From Candidatus Omnitrophota bacterium (GTDB lineage: Bacteria > Omnitrophota > Gorgyraeia > Gygaellales > Profunditerraquicolaceae), in the NCBI GenBank assembly GCA_020058085.1, contig JAGVER010000007.1:7969-71968 (forward strand): a stretch of 64,000 bases of DNA, read 5' to 3'. The notes beneath the pieces were generated by a model. The model was not told where the DNA came from, searched no databases, and saw nothing but the letters and a program-made list of their open reading frames with translations. Below are positions 55,887 through 64,000 of the stretch, piece by piece. The translations under genes and the position numbers were made by a program. Numbering within the stretch: the stretch's first letter is position 1; each line of letters starts with the position of its first letter.

Positions 55887-56480
55887 ATGAACAAAGGTGA
55901 AGCTTTGAAACAGGATCTAGGTATGCGAGTAGTAAAATTATGCATAATTGTTGGGGTCCTGTTTCTTTTTAGATACCTGGTTTCCTATATTAAGGTTTTT
56001 GACGAGATGAGGTTCTTTGATACCCGTTTAACTGTTTTAGATATTGCTATTGCGGTAGTTAACGCGATAATCCTCGTCTTTTTAATTAAATTCGGGTTTT
56101 ATTTAAGTAAGCATTATGAAGTAGTCAATTTTCCCAAGGCTATGATTATCTCTAAATGGTTAGTTATTCTTATTGCTGCCATTGTTGCTTATCAGACTTA
56201 TTACCGTATAGCTCGTAGTCTTTTACGTCGGCATGATATTGATGCTTATAATGTTGTATTTCTTTGTGTAACTTTGCTTATTCTGGTAAGGCTCGGGGTT
56301 TTAGTATTTTCTAATATGGAAAAGATAACAGACTTATTTACCGGTAAGATCAAGGTTGATCTAAAAGAGCCTGGGGTTGATGAAGACTTAGTGAAAGAGG
56401 GTCTCAAGTGTAAATCTTGCGGTAAGTCACTAGAAAAAGATATGGCATTTTGTTCAAAATGCGGGACTAAGGCTGCCTAA
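55887..56480 (+). CDS. Membrane protein with a C-terminal zinc-ribbon
   Basis: Four TM segments; CKSCGKSLEKDMAFCSKCGTKA. Start placed at the ATG following the GGGAGA of the leader motif. Confidence 0.5.
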   Translation: MNKGEALKQDLGMRVVKLCIIVGVLFLFRYLVSYIKVFDEMRFFDTRLTVLDIAIAVVNAIILVFLIKFGFYLSKHYEVVNFPKAMIISKWLVILIAAIVAYQTYYRIARSLLRRHDIDAYNVVFLCVTLLILVRLGVLVFSNMEKITDLFTGKIKVDLKEPGVDEDLVKEGLKCKSCGKSLEKDMAFCSKCGTKAA

Positions 56481-56509
56481 ATTCTTTTTATATTTATATT
56501 AGGAAGTAA

Positions 56510-56543
56510 AATACGCCCAAGATTACTCTTGGGCGTATTTATT
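56510..56543 (+). terminator. Rho-independent terminator
   Basis: aatacgcccaaga-ttac-tcttgggcgtatt, 13-bp perfect stem, then tatt. Confidence 0.65.
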
Positions 56544-56687
56544 AAAAGGCACCAAAATATATTGTAGTGGCACCCAATTTTAATGGCACCTTGCCCTAAA
56601 GGATGGGCAAGTGTCCCGCCTTCTGCGGGAATGAATTGGTGCCCTATCCGTATGGGGTTTGGTGCCTATAACTATAGGAGTTAAAAG
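56543..56687 (+). promoter_or_regulatory. Expanded, nested GGCACC leader structure upstream of feoAB (candidate riboswitch or regulatory RNA)
   Basis: Outer stem GGCACCAAA (56547-56555) / TTTGGTGCC (56657-56665); inner stem GGCACCCAATT (56568-56578) / AATTGGTGCC (56633-56642); internal hairpins cttgccc-taaaggat-gggcaag and tcccgc-cttct-gcggga. Both 3' arms are followed by yATAnnnTATrGGrG tails, the last holding the SD. Confidence 0.6.
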
Positions 56688-56921
56688 ATGAAAAAAGTTG
56701 TTTCTTTGGTACAATTAAAAGCAGGGAATAAAGCTAAGGTTTCTGATATTCTGGGAGGTGGCAACCTAGAGAGTAAATTAATGAATATGGGGATATATAA
56801 GGGTAAAGAAGTCTCTAAGTTAAGCCATATTGGGCTTAGGGGGCCGGTTGTAATTAGAGTGGGCAGGACAATCCTGGCTTTGGGCCATGGTATAGCGGAA
56901 AAGATTATTGTAGAGGCCTAA
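56688..56921 (+). CDS. feoA: Ferrous iron transport protein A
   Basis: 77 aa SH3-like FeoA pattern (LVQLKAGNKAKV...G..V.V); upstream of feoB. Confidence 0.85.
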   Translation: MKKVVSLVQLKAGNKAKVSDILGGGNLESKLMNMGIYKGKEVSKLSHIGLRGPVVIRVGRTILALGHGIAEKIIVEA

Positions 56922-58652
56922 ATGATAAAAAAAATATACTTAGTAGGGAACCCAAATGTAGGTAAGAGTGTAGTTTTTTCGCGTCTTACCGGAGTGCATG
57001 TTGTCTCTTCTAATTATCCTGGGACAACAGTAGGTTTTACCAAAGGATTCTTGCAATTAGGCGATAGTAGGGTAGAGGTCTTAGATTTACCCGGGGTCTA
57101 TTCTTTGGAATCTACTTCCAGTGCTGAAGAGGTAACTCTCTCTTTGCTAAAAGAACACCCTAAAGATGAGATCATAGTTATAAATATAATTGATTCAACT
57201 AATTTAGAGAGAAATTTACTTTTAACACTACAGTTAATCGAAGAAGGTTTTCCGGTTATCGCCAGTTTGAATATGTGCGACGATGCCGGGCATAGAGGTG
57301 TTAATATTCATTACCAGAGATTAGAAGAGTTACTTAATATTCCGATAATTCCAACCTGTGCTGTAACCGGCGTGGGCATCAAACTCTTGATTGAACGGAT
57401 GCAGGAGGTAGGAGTTAAGTCGCGGGTTAAGCTTAATCATGAAGAGCGCTGGAAAGAGATAGGCCGTATTATTGAGGAGGTTCAGCACTTAGAACATCGG
57501 CATCACAGTCTAAGAGAGATATTAGAAGACGCATCTGTGCGTCCTTTAACTGGCCTATTGATGGCAGCAGGAGTTATTTATGCTTCATTTAAGGTCGTGC
57601 GTTTTATAGGGGAATCAATAATAAGCAGGATAACTGATCCGCTATTCTTCAATTTCTATCAGCCTATTCTTGAGAAGATGGTTTTGGGTTGGCAGGAGGA
57701 TGGTTTCTGGTTCCATCTTTTAATCGGAGATCTAATCAATGGAAAGATTGACTTTAAACAATCTCTAGGTATTTTAACTACAGCTCCTTATATTGAGTTT
57801 GGCATGGTTTTGCCCTATATAGTCTCATTTTATTTTATTCTAAGCCTTTTGGAGGATATAGGTTATCTGCCGCGGCTTGCGATTTTGTTGGATAATCTCT
57901 TGCATCGTTTGGGCCTTCATGGTTTTGCGGTTATACCGTTAATGTTAGGTTTTGGATGCAATGTCCCGGGGATTTTATCTACTCGAGTCTTGGAGTCAAA
58001 GCGGGAGAGGTTTATCGCTTCAACCCTAATCTCCATCGGTATACCTTGTGTGCCTCTGCAGGCGATGATCTTTGGTTTGTTAGGCAAGTTTGGGGGATTT
58101 TATGTAAGCGGTGTATATGCAGTTTTATTTTCTTTGGTTATAATATTAGGGGTAATCTTAAACCGCTTATTAAAAGGCTATAGTCCAGAATTCATACTGG
58201 AGATTCCGCCTTATAGATTTCCTCCGTTAACGGTATTATTCAAGAAACTCTATTTCCGAATTAAGGGTTTTATCATTGAAGCTGTGCCGATTGTTTTGAT
58301 CGGGGTCCTCTTTATAAATATCTTTTTATATTTTAAGCTTTTTGATTTTGTAACCGGCATCTTTGCCCCGGTGGTTACAGGGTTATTTGGGTTACCTAAA
58401 GAGGCTGTAGTCTCTTTAGCAATCGGTTTCTTTAGAAAAGATGTGGCGGTAGGAATGCTCATGCCTTTAAATCTTACTGCCAAGCAATTATTTATTGCCG
58501 CGACTCTATTAGCTGCTTCTTTTCCTTGTGTTGCCACATTTGTAGTTTTATGGAAAGAGCTGGGTGTTAAATACTTGATAAAAGCAACTTTGGTTATGAT
58601 TTTAGTGAGTATCATTGCCGGGACTTTTTTAAATTTTGTAATCCTACGCTAA
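56922..58652 (+). CDS. feoB: Ferrous iron transport protein B
   Basis: G-domain GNPNVGKS, DLPG, NMCD; polytopic C-terminal gate domains. Confidence 0.9.
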   Translation: MIKKIYLVGNPNVGKSVVFSRLTGVHVVSSNYPGTTVGFTKGFLQLGDSRVEVLDLPGVYSLESTSSAEEVTLSLLKEHPKDEIIVINIIDSTNLERNLLLTLQLIEEGFPVIASLNMCDDAGHRGVNIHYQRLEELLNIPIIPTCAVTGVGIKLLIERMQEVGVKSRVKLNHEERWKEIGRIIEEVQHLEHRHHSLREILEDASVRPLTGLLMAAGVIYASFKVVRFIGESIISRITDPLFFNFYQPILEKMVLGWQEDGFWFHLLIGDLINGKIDFKQSLGILTTAPYIEFGMVLPYIVSFYFILSLLEDIGYLPRLAILLDNLLHRLGLHGFAVIPLMLGFGCNVPGILSTRVLESKRERFIASTLISIGIPCVPLQAMIFGLLGKFGGFYVSGVYAVLFSLVIILGVILNRLLKGYSPEFILEIPPYRFPPLTVLFKKLYFRIKGFIIEAVPIVLIGVLFINIFLYFKLFDFVTGIFAPVVTGLFGLPKEAVVSLAIGFFRKDVAVGMLMPLNLTAKQLFIAATLLAASFPCVATFVVLWKELGVKYLIKATLVMILVSIIAGTFLNFVILR

Positions 58653-58699
58653 GATATTCTGTATGAGGGAGTCTACGAAAAAAGGTTAGGTAATTACTA

Positions 58700-60310
58700 A
58701 TGAGAAATCTATTACCCGAAGAAATACTTGCTTTAGAAATCGTCCGTAGCATTACTAACAGCGTCAAGGGAGAAGCATCGCAGGGCATAAATAATACAGC
58801 TATAAATTGGCAAAATTTCAAGGAAATTCTTAGTTACCATGATTTAGCGCCTTTTGCATATCTCTTCTTAAAGAATACTGATATAAAGATTCCGCAGGAT
58901 CTCCACGAACTACTTAAGAGTACCTATTATTTTTCCCTGATGCACAATCAGAGGTTCTGGTCGGAATTCTTACGCATCTTAGGTGTCTTCACTGATAAGG
59001 GCGTAGATTTAGTACCGATAAAAGGAACGGCACTACTTGAAGAGCTTTATGAGGATCTGCCGATAAGGCCGATGGTAGATATAGACCTCTTGGTGCGCCG
59101 CAATGATCTTAAAAAGGCGGAGAATATTTTCGTTGGTTTAGGTTATCAAAAGGAACTTCTTGGCTTGAAGGAGCAGTACTGGTTGAATAACCAATACCAT
59201 ATTAGTTTTCATGGCAAGGAGATAAAAGATCTTCCTTTGGTGGAATTACACTGGGGGCTTGATTATCCTAGACAAAGACGCATTATTTATCCTGAGCTGT
59301 GGGCAAGGATAAGAGAGGTTGAGCGCGGTGGGCATAAAATAAAATTGCTTTCACCGGAGGATAACTTTTTAAGCCTTACCTTGCATAGTCGTAGGTTTGG
59401 CAAGGCGCTAGGGTTTAAAAGTGTCTATGACGCCGTATTACTGTTAAAGAAATACGGCGATAGCTTTGACTGGGATTATTGTTTTGAGATTTGCCGGAAA
59501 TACCAGCTTTATGCTACGCTATATTTCATGCTCTGTCAGATGGAATTTTTATCAGGGATTGATACCCTAGAGAAGGTATTGGGGGAATTTAAGCTCTCGC
59601 GTACTAAGAAGAAAAAGATTCAGGATTTTATCCACAATAATAGTTTTACCACAGATGTTTCTAGCGGCAAGAAGCTATATTTAGAGTCTCACTTTTTATT
59701 ATATGATAGCATCTGGGAGCCGATCAATTATATCCTTAATATCCCTAAGGAGCAGTTTGCCAAATACTATTGCTTATCGTCTTATACTAAGAAGGCGGAT
59801 TTCTTTTACCACTTTAGATTTCTCTACATTCCTCTTAGGTTAGTATCAAACCTATTCCGCAGAGATAGCTTTAAAATAGGCCAAAGAGAGCAGAGTAATT
59901 TAGGAAGTGATACATATCTTTTTGAGGCTACTGGATATAGCATGTGGCCATTTCTCGTGCCCGGAGATAAAATAATCGCTAAAATAATCGCCATTGATAA
60001 TCTAAAATCCGGTGATATAATACTCCATAATGAAGAAGGGCAAGTAATTTGTCACCGCTTGATAAAGAAAACTAAGATTGACGATAAGTATTCTTTGTAT
60101 GTGCGCGGAGACAATTCCTGTTCGATCGAGAGAATACCTCAAAAAGATTATTGTGGAAAAGTCATTGGTGTATTAAGAAAAAATAGGATGATTAGCTTGT
60201 CAGGGCCTGGGAGTCACATGATAGGGAGAATAATTGTTTTTTTTGCTCCTTGTGTAAGTTACGGAATGAGGATAATCAAATCTATTGCAAAAAATATTAA
60301 AGGAGGATAG
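58700..60310 (+). CDS. Uncharacterised-nucleotidyltransferase (NTP_transf_5-like) domain fused to an S26/S24-type signal-peptidase-like domain
   Basis: N-terminal ~380 aa (PIKGTALLEELY...MVDIDLLV) resembles the nucleotidyltransferase family seen in RiPP loci. C-terminal GYSMWPFLVPGDKII...CHRLI...RGDNS...GKVIG matches the SipW/Sec11-type Ser/His peptidase pattern. Confidence 0.6.
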   Translation: MRNLLPEEILALEIVRSITNSVKGEASQGINNTAINWQNFKEILSYHDLAPFAYLFLKNTDIKIPQDLHELLKSTYYFSLMHNQRFWSEFLRILGVFTDKGVDLVPIKGTALLEELYEDLPIRPMVDIDLLVRRNDLKKAENIFVGLGYQKELLGLKEQYWLNNQYHISFHGKEIKDLPLVELHWGLDYPRQRRIIYPELWARIREVERGGHKIKLLSPEDNFLSLTLHSRRFGKALGFKSVYDAVLLLKKYGDSFDWDYCFEICRKYQLYATLYFMLCQMEFLSGIDTLEKVLGEFKLSRTKKKKIQDFIHNNSFTTDVSSGKKLYLESHFLLYDSIWEPINYILNIPKEQFAKYYCLSSYTKKADFFYHFRFLYIPLRLVSNLFRRDSFKIGQREQSNLGSDTYLFEATGYSMWPFLVPGDKIIAKIIAIDNLKSGDIILHNEEGQVICHRLIKKTKIDDKYSLYVRGDNSCSIERIPQKDYCGKVIGVLRKNRMISLSGPGSHMIGRIIVFFAPCVSYGMRIIKSIAKNIKGG

Positions 60311-60313
60311 GAG

Positions 60314-60592
60314 ATGAAAGACATAGCATTACGTAAGGACAAAAATATAGTGACAAGGACTATTGGCGGTGAAACTATACTTCTGCCTATTTGTAAGAGT
60401 TCTGACGATCTAAACTGTATTTACACCTTAAATTCTGTCGCCTCGGAGGTATGGAATTTGATTAATGGTAAAAGAAAACTTTCAGAGATTAAGGTGGAAG
60501 TGCTTAAAAAATTTGATACTACACCTAAGGAAGCTGACAAGGAAATGAAAGCATTCCTTAATGAATTAAAGAAAATTAAGGCGATTGTATAA
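60314..60592 (+). CDS. PqqD-family protein (RiPP recognition element candidate)
   Basis: 92 aa; YTLNSVASEVWNLINGKRKLSEIKVEVLKKFDTTPKEADKEMKAFLNELKK fits the PqqD pattern. Confidence 0.75.
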   Translation: MKDIALRKDKNIVTRTIGGETILLPICKSSDDLNCIYTLNSVASEVWNLINGKRKLSEIKVEVLKKFDTTPKEADKEMKAFLNELKKIKAIV

Positions 60593-60600
60593 GAATCGGT

Positions 60601-61716
60601 ATGATTGTAAGTACTAGGAATGAAGGTAGTTTTTATCAAGGGTTGCTTACAAGAATAGGGCATCATCCCTGGTTTGGTCAGATAGAGCTCACTTATCGTT
60701 GTAATCTTAATTGTGTTCACTGTTATGCCAAAAATGCGGGAAACTGCCAGTCAAAAAAAGGTGAATTAACCACTAAAGAGTGGAAACAGATATTCGCTAT
60801 AATTCGCGGTGCGGGGTGTCTGAATTTGACCTTTACCGGTGGTGAACCGTTGTTACGCGAAGACTTTCTAGAACTATATTCTTATGCCAAAGAGAGTGGA
60901 TTTATTATCACTCTGTTTACTAATGGAAGCTTACTCACCAAAAAAGTCATTGATTTTCTTGAGAAATTTCCTCCTAAAGCAATTGAAATCACTCTTAATA
61001 GTATAACTAAAAATACATATGAAGCGATTAGCCAAGTAAGAGGATCATATAGTAAGGCAATGTTCAATATTAAGGCTTTAGCCAGAGCTAAGGCTCCCTT
61101 AATCATAAAATCAAACTGCCTTAAGCAAAATAAAGATGAAATCGTCAAAATAAAGAAGTTTACCGAAGATTTACTTGGCAAGCGTAAGGACGGTAGACAT
61201 TATTTTAAATATGATAAGATGGTTTATCCGCGTTTAAACGGAGATAGAACCCCTTGTAATTATCGACTTTCTTTTAAAGAAATAAAGCAATTAATGAAAG
61301 AAGATGCTGATATGTGGCAGGAATATCAAAAGGGCTTACAAGATATTATCACTGTTAGTAGCAGGGATAATATCTTTCTCTATCAATGTAGTAGCTGGAT
61401 AAAACAATTTTTTATTAATCCTTATGGCGAATTGAAATTTTGTGAATTTTCCAATAAATTCAGTGGAAATTTGAAGAAGGAGTCTTTTAAAGATATTTTT
61501 TACCGGACATATTCTGCTGTTACGCAGGAAAAGTTCAAAACTAACTCTAAGTGTAGAGATTGCCGCTTGCGTCCATTTTGTCCTTATTGTCCGGCTAAAG
61601 CGTATTTGGAGACAGGTAAAGAGGAAGCACCGGTCCAGTATTATTGTAAATTGGCCGGAGAATTGCACAAGGAGATGCAGAGGGCACGTAAAAAGCATGC
61701 GAGAAATCCGATATAG
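60601..61716 (+). CDS. Radical SAM / SPASM-domain protein, paralog 1
   Basis: YRCNLNCVHCY (CX3CX2C); C-terminal Cys clusters CSSW...GELKFC and CRDCRLRPFCPYCPAKAY. Confidence 0.85.
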   Translation: MIVSTRNEGSFYQGLLTRIGHHPWFGQIELTYRCNLNCVHCYAKNAGNCQSKKGELTTKEWKQIFAIIRGAGCLNLTFTGGEPLLREDFLELYSYAKESGFIITLFTNGSLLTKKVIDFLEKFPPKAIEITLNSITKNTYEAISQVRGSYSKAMFNIKALARAKAPLIIKSNCLKQNKDEIVKIKKFTEDLLGKRKDGRHYFKYDKMVYPRLNGDRTPCNYRLSFKEIKQLMKEDADMWQEYQKGLQDIITVSSRDNIFLYQCSSWIKQFFINPYGELKFCEFSNKFSGNLKKESFKDIFYRTYSAVTQEKFKTNSKCRDCRLRPFCPYCPAKAYLETGKEEAPVQYYCKLAGELHKEMQRARKKHARNPI

Positions 61717-62782
61717 GAAATTTAGTTTGCAGACGCATAAAAAAGGATGGTCTTTGAAAAGGCCGAATACTTGTCAATTTGAATTAACTTTCCGTTGTGG
61801 TTTACATTGCAAGCATTGCTATACTGATTGTTATAACAGGCCAGCGTATTTTGCCAAAGAATTAACCACCAAACAAATAAAATTAATTTTGGATAAGATT
61901 TACGACTCTGGTGTTATTTGGATATGTTTTACCGGAGGTGATCCGTTTATACGTAAAGATTTTCTGAAGATTTACAAATACGCCAAGAAAAAAGGCTTTC
62001 TGGTCTCTATATTTACTAGCGGTTATTCTATTACGGAAGAAATTATACGAGACCTTAAAAAATCACCGCCTTTTGTAATTGAATTAACTTTAAATTCGGT
62101 AACTAAAGATCTCTATGAGAGGATTTCACAGGTTCGTGGTTCTTTCAGAAAGGCGATGCAAGCGATAGAGATGATTGTCGACGCAAAGATTCCTTTAAAG
62201 ATTAAGACACAAGTAACTAATGATAATTTAAAGGAGCTTAACGCAATAAAAAGCTTTGCTAAAGACAAGAAAATAAATTTTGTTCCGGATTATTATTTAT
62301 ATCCAAGGTTAGATGGCGATTCCGCACCCTGTGCTCTGCGAATTACCCCAAAAGAAATAATAAAGCTCGGTGTTAAATTACCTTTAGATTGTTTAACTAG
62401 ATTTCGTAAAAAAAACAACCATCTTTTTCGCTGCGCCGTTGACAGCGGAGACGGTTTTAATGTCGATCCCTACGGAAATATTTTTCCCTGTCTAGCTATT
62501 AGGGAGCCAAAGTTTAGTTTATTCAAATACAGCATTGCCTCAGCCATGGGTAAGACGGCATTTTTTTTAAGAAATAGTTTATTTAAGGATAACTCCAAAT
62601 GCAAAATATGTAAAGATAAGCAAAGCTGTTATTGGTGCCCGGGTAAAGCCTATCTTGAGAAGGGGCAAATGGGAGTGCCAATAGAATACTATTGTGAATT
62701 GACAAAAGAGCTAACAGGATTAGTAGGGGAAAGAATTAATGATCGCGAAGAAGGCCAATTACTTCTGGCATCGGTTATGTAA
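61697..62782 (+). CDS. Radical SAM / SPASM-domain protein, paralog 2
   Basis: FRCGLHCKHCY; C-terminal CAVD...GNIFPC and CKICKDKQSCYWCPGKAY; collinear with paralog 1. Confidence 0.85.
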   Translation: MREIRYRKFSLQTHKKGWSLKRPNTCQFELTFRCGLHCKHCYTDCYNRPAYFAKELTTKQIKLILDKIYDSGVIWICFTGGDPFIRKDFLKIYKYAKKKGFLVSIFTSGYSITEEIIRDLKKSPPFVIELTLNSVTKDLYERISQVRGSFRKAMQAIEMIVDAKIPLKIKTQVTNDNLKELNAIKSFAKDKKINFVPDYYLYPRLDGDSAPCALRITPKEIIKLGVKLPLDCLTRFRKKNNHLFRCAVDSGDGFNVDPYGNIFPCLAIREPKFSLFKYSIASAMGKTAFFLRNSLFKDNSKCKICKDKQSCYWCPGKAYLEKGQMGVPIEYYCELTKELTGLVGERINDREEGQLLLASVM

Positions 62783-63752
62783 GATTACTCAGGATAAAAA
62801 CATCCCTTTACGAGTGATGTTTGAACTTACTTATCGTTGTAATTTAAGATGCAAGCATTGTTATATACCATTCTCCTATAGAAATAAGAAAGAGCTCAAA
62901 ACCGAAGAGGTGTTTTCTATATTAGACCAGCTTAGTGATAGCGGATGTTTTTATCTGGGTTTTACTGGAGGAGAGCCGCTTATAAGAAAGGATGCGCTTA
63001 AGATCTTCAATTATGCGAAAAAGCGCGGTCTCCAAACTATAATAAACACCAATGCTTCGTTAATAACCAAAAGTCTTGCTTCTACAATAGCTCAGTTAGC
63101 TCCAAATAAAGTAGATATTACCTTACATTCTATGGATGCTAACTCTTTCGATAGAATTACCGGGGTTAAGGGCTCGTATAAAAAAGTATTTGCTGCAGTT
63201 GATTATCTGCATAAGGAAAATGTGCCCTTAGGATTTAAGACATGCCTATTGCGAGAAAATGAAAGCGAAATAAACAAAATCGGGCGTTTTGCCCGTTCCT
63301 TAGGAGCATTTTATCGTGTCGACAATTTACTTTCTTATCGGCTAGACGGATCGAGTGATCCATTCAAATATCGTGGTAGCCTAAAAGACAATACAAGGTT
63401 TTTAAAAACAAAATATCCAAGAGCTAATATTTCTAACAATCTTTTTTTCTGTGGTTCAGGAACAAGGCAAGCGGCAATTACTCCTAGTGGTGAATTAAAA
63501 ATATGTTTACTGATAAATTATCCAAAATTCAAAATTATTAATGAATCTTTTGCGAGTGCGTGGCGAAAATTATATCATTTAGTTAGAACCGTAAGTTCGT
63601 CTAAACGCCGTAGCTGTGCCAGCTGTAAAGTCGCGGCTTATTGTAAATGGTGTCCTGGGCGCTCTTGGCTTGCTGTTAGAGATTTCGTTAGTTGTGATCC
63701 TGAATTAAAGAATTTTGCTAGAAATAGAATTAATGTAGGAGATCTATGTTGA
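62739..63752 (+). CDS. Radical SAM / SPASM-domain protein, paralog 3
   Basis: YRCNLRCKHCY; C-terminal CGSG...GELKIC and CASCKVAAYCKWCPGRSW. Confidence 0.85.
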   Translation: MIAKKANYFWHRLCKITQDKNIPLRVMFELTYRCNLRCKHCYIPFSYRNKKELKTEEVFSILDQLSDSGCFYLGFTGGEPLIRKDALKIFNYAKKRGLQTIINTNASLITKSLASTIAQLAPNKVDITLHSMDANSFDRITGVKGSYKKVFAAVDYLHKENVPLGFKTCLLRENESEINKIGRFARSLGAFYRVDNLLSYRLDGSSDPFKYRGSLKDNTRFLKTKYPRANISNNLFFCGSGTRQAAITPSGELKICLLINYPKFKIINESFASAWRKLYHLVRTVSSSKRRSCASCKVAAYCKWCPGRSWLAVRDFVSCDPELKNFARNRINVGDLC

Positions 63753-64000
63753 AGTATACCAAGAAGCTATGTATAGCCGATACAATTATTGAAATTAAAA
63801 GCAGGTGGCCATTATTTGACTTGAGTCAAGAAAAAACAGATAAAATTGCTGCGGAGCGGTTTAATAACTTTTTTTATAATGGGAAAAGCAAGCCTGACAT
63901 ACATATTGATCTAGATATTAGTGCTAGATTGCCACGGCCCAAGGGTTACAAATTGTTATTTATCACGCATCATTTCCTAACGGGGCTTGAGAATTGGCAG
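63746..64000 (+). CDS. 5'-partial ORF continuing past the window end; unknown (possibly an HPr-kinase-like/ScmC-like accessory protein)
   Basis: ATG 63746 overlaps the upstream stop (ATGTTGA). 85 codons are open to the window edge. The N-terminal pattern Y..KLCIADTIIEIKSRWPL is reminiscent of HprK-related RiPP kinases, but this is weak. Confidence 0.4.
   Translation, partial: MLKYTKKLCIADTIIEIKSRWPLFDLSQEKTDKIAAERFNNFFYNGKSKPDIHIDLDISARLPRPKGYKLLFITHHFLTGLENWQ

Noticed and set aside
1-64000. Mobile elements, prophage, toxin-antitoxin or classical defence systems
   Set aside because: No transposase, integrase, recombinase, phage structural, restriction-modification or cas signatures were recognised in any ORF. 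The CHAT-containing locus is treated as a signalling module, not a proven defence system.

Overview
AT-rich chromosomal segment in which every supportable gene (about 70) lies on the + strand. No transposase, integrase, rRNA, tRNA or CRISPR array was recognised. The content suggests an anaerobic, probably diderm bacterium (inference from hldD, T2SS/T4P-like genes, rubrerythrin, desulforedoxin, hydrogenase, H+-PPase). Gene order: DEAD-box helicase; a four-subunit group 3b (sulfhydrogenase-type) [NiFe]-hydrogenase operon with a cysteine-less HypA-like gene and an endopeptidase, followed directly by [FeFe]-type maturases (a HypC-domain::HydE fusion, then HydG); an unlisted 42-aa desulforedoxin ORF; MFS transporter; hldD; gcvT-gcvH-gcvPA-gcvPB-lipoate ligase-lipA; rubrerythrin; a ~15 kb type IV pilus/T2SS-like cluster (about 11 pilin-like genes, PilB/GspE, PilC/GspF, PilM::PilN fusion, PilO, PilP-like, an embedded YfhO-like membrane protein, no secretin); thioesterase, nitroreductase, H+-pyrophosphatase; an ECF sigma / zinc-finger anti-sigma / CHAT-TM-TPR triad; a candidate c-di-GMP-I riboswitch upstream of surface-protein genes; trxA, split pta, ackA, DJ-1, panD, def, trxB, GTP-PEPCK, purC; several membrane proteins; feoAB; and a RiPP-like cluster (nucleotidyltransferase::S26 peptidase fusion, PqqD-like protein, three tandem radical SAM/SPASM paralogs, truncated next gene). 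The most unusual items are: (1) the HypC::HydE fusion plus HydG inside a [NiFe] operon; (2) a recurring structured GGCACC...GGUGCC-CAUAnnUAUGGGAG leader motif with compensatory changes, in expanded form before feoAB; (3) the rSAM/SPASM cluster with no visible precursor; (4) the sigma/anti-sigma/transmembrane CHAT protease module; (5) three families of repeated intergenic elements and a GC-rich ~190-nt palindrome. All calls rest on reading motifs by eye and on remembered family signatures. No database search was run.
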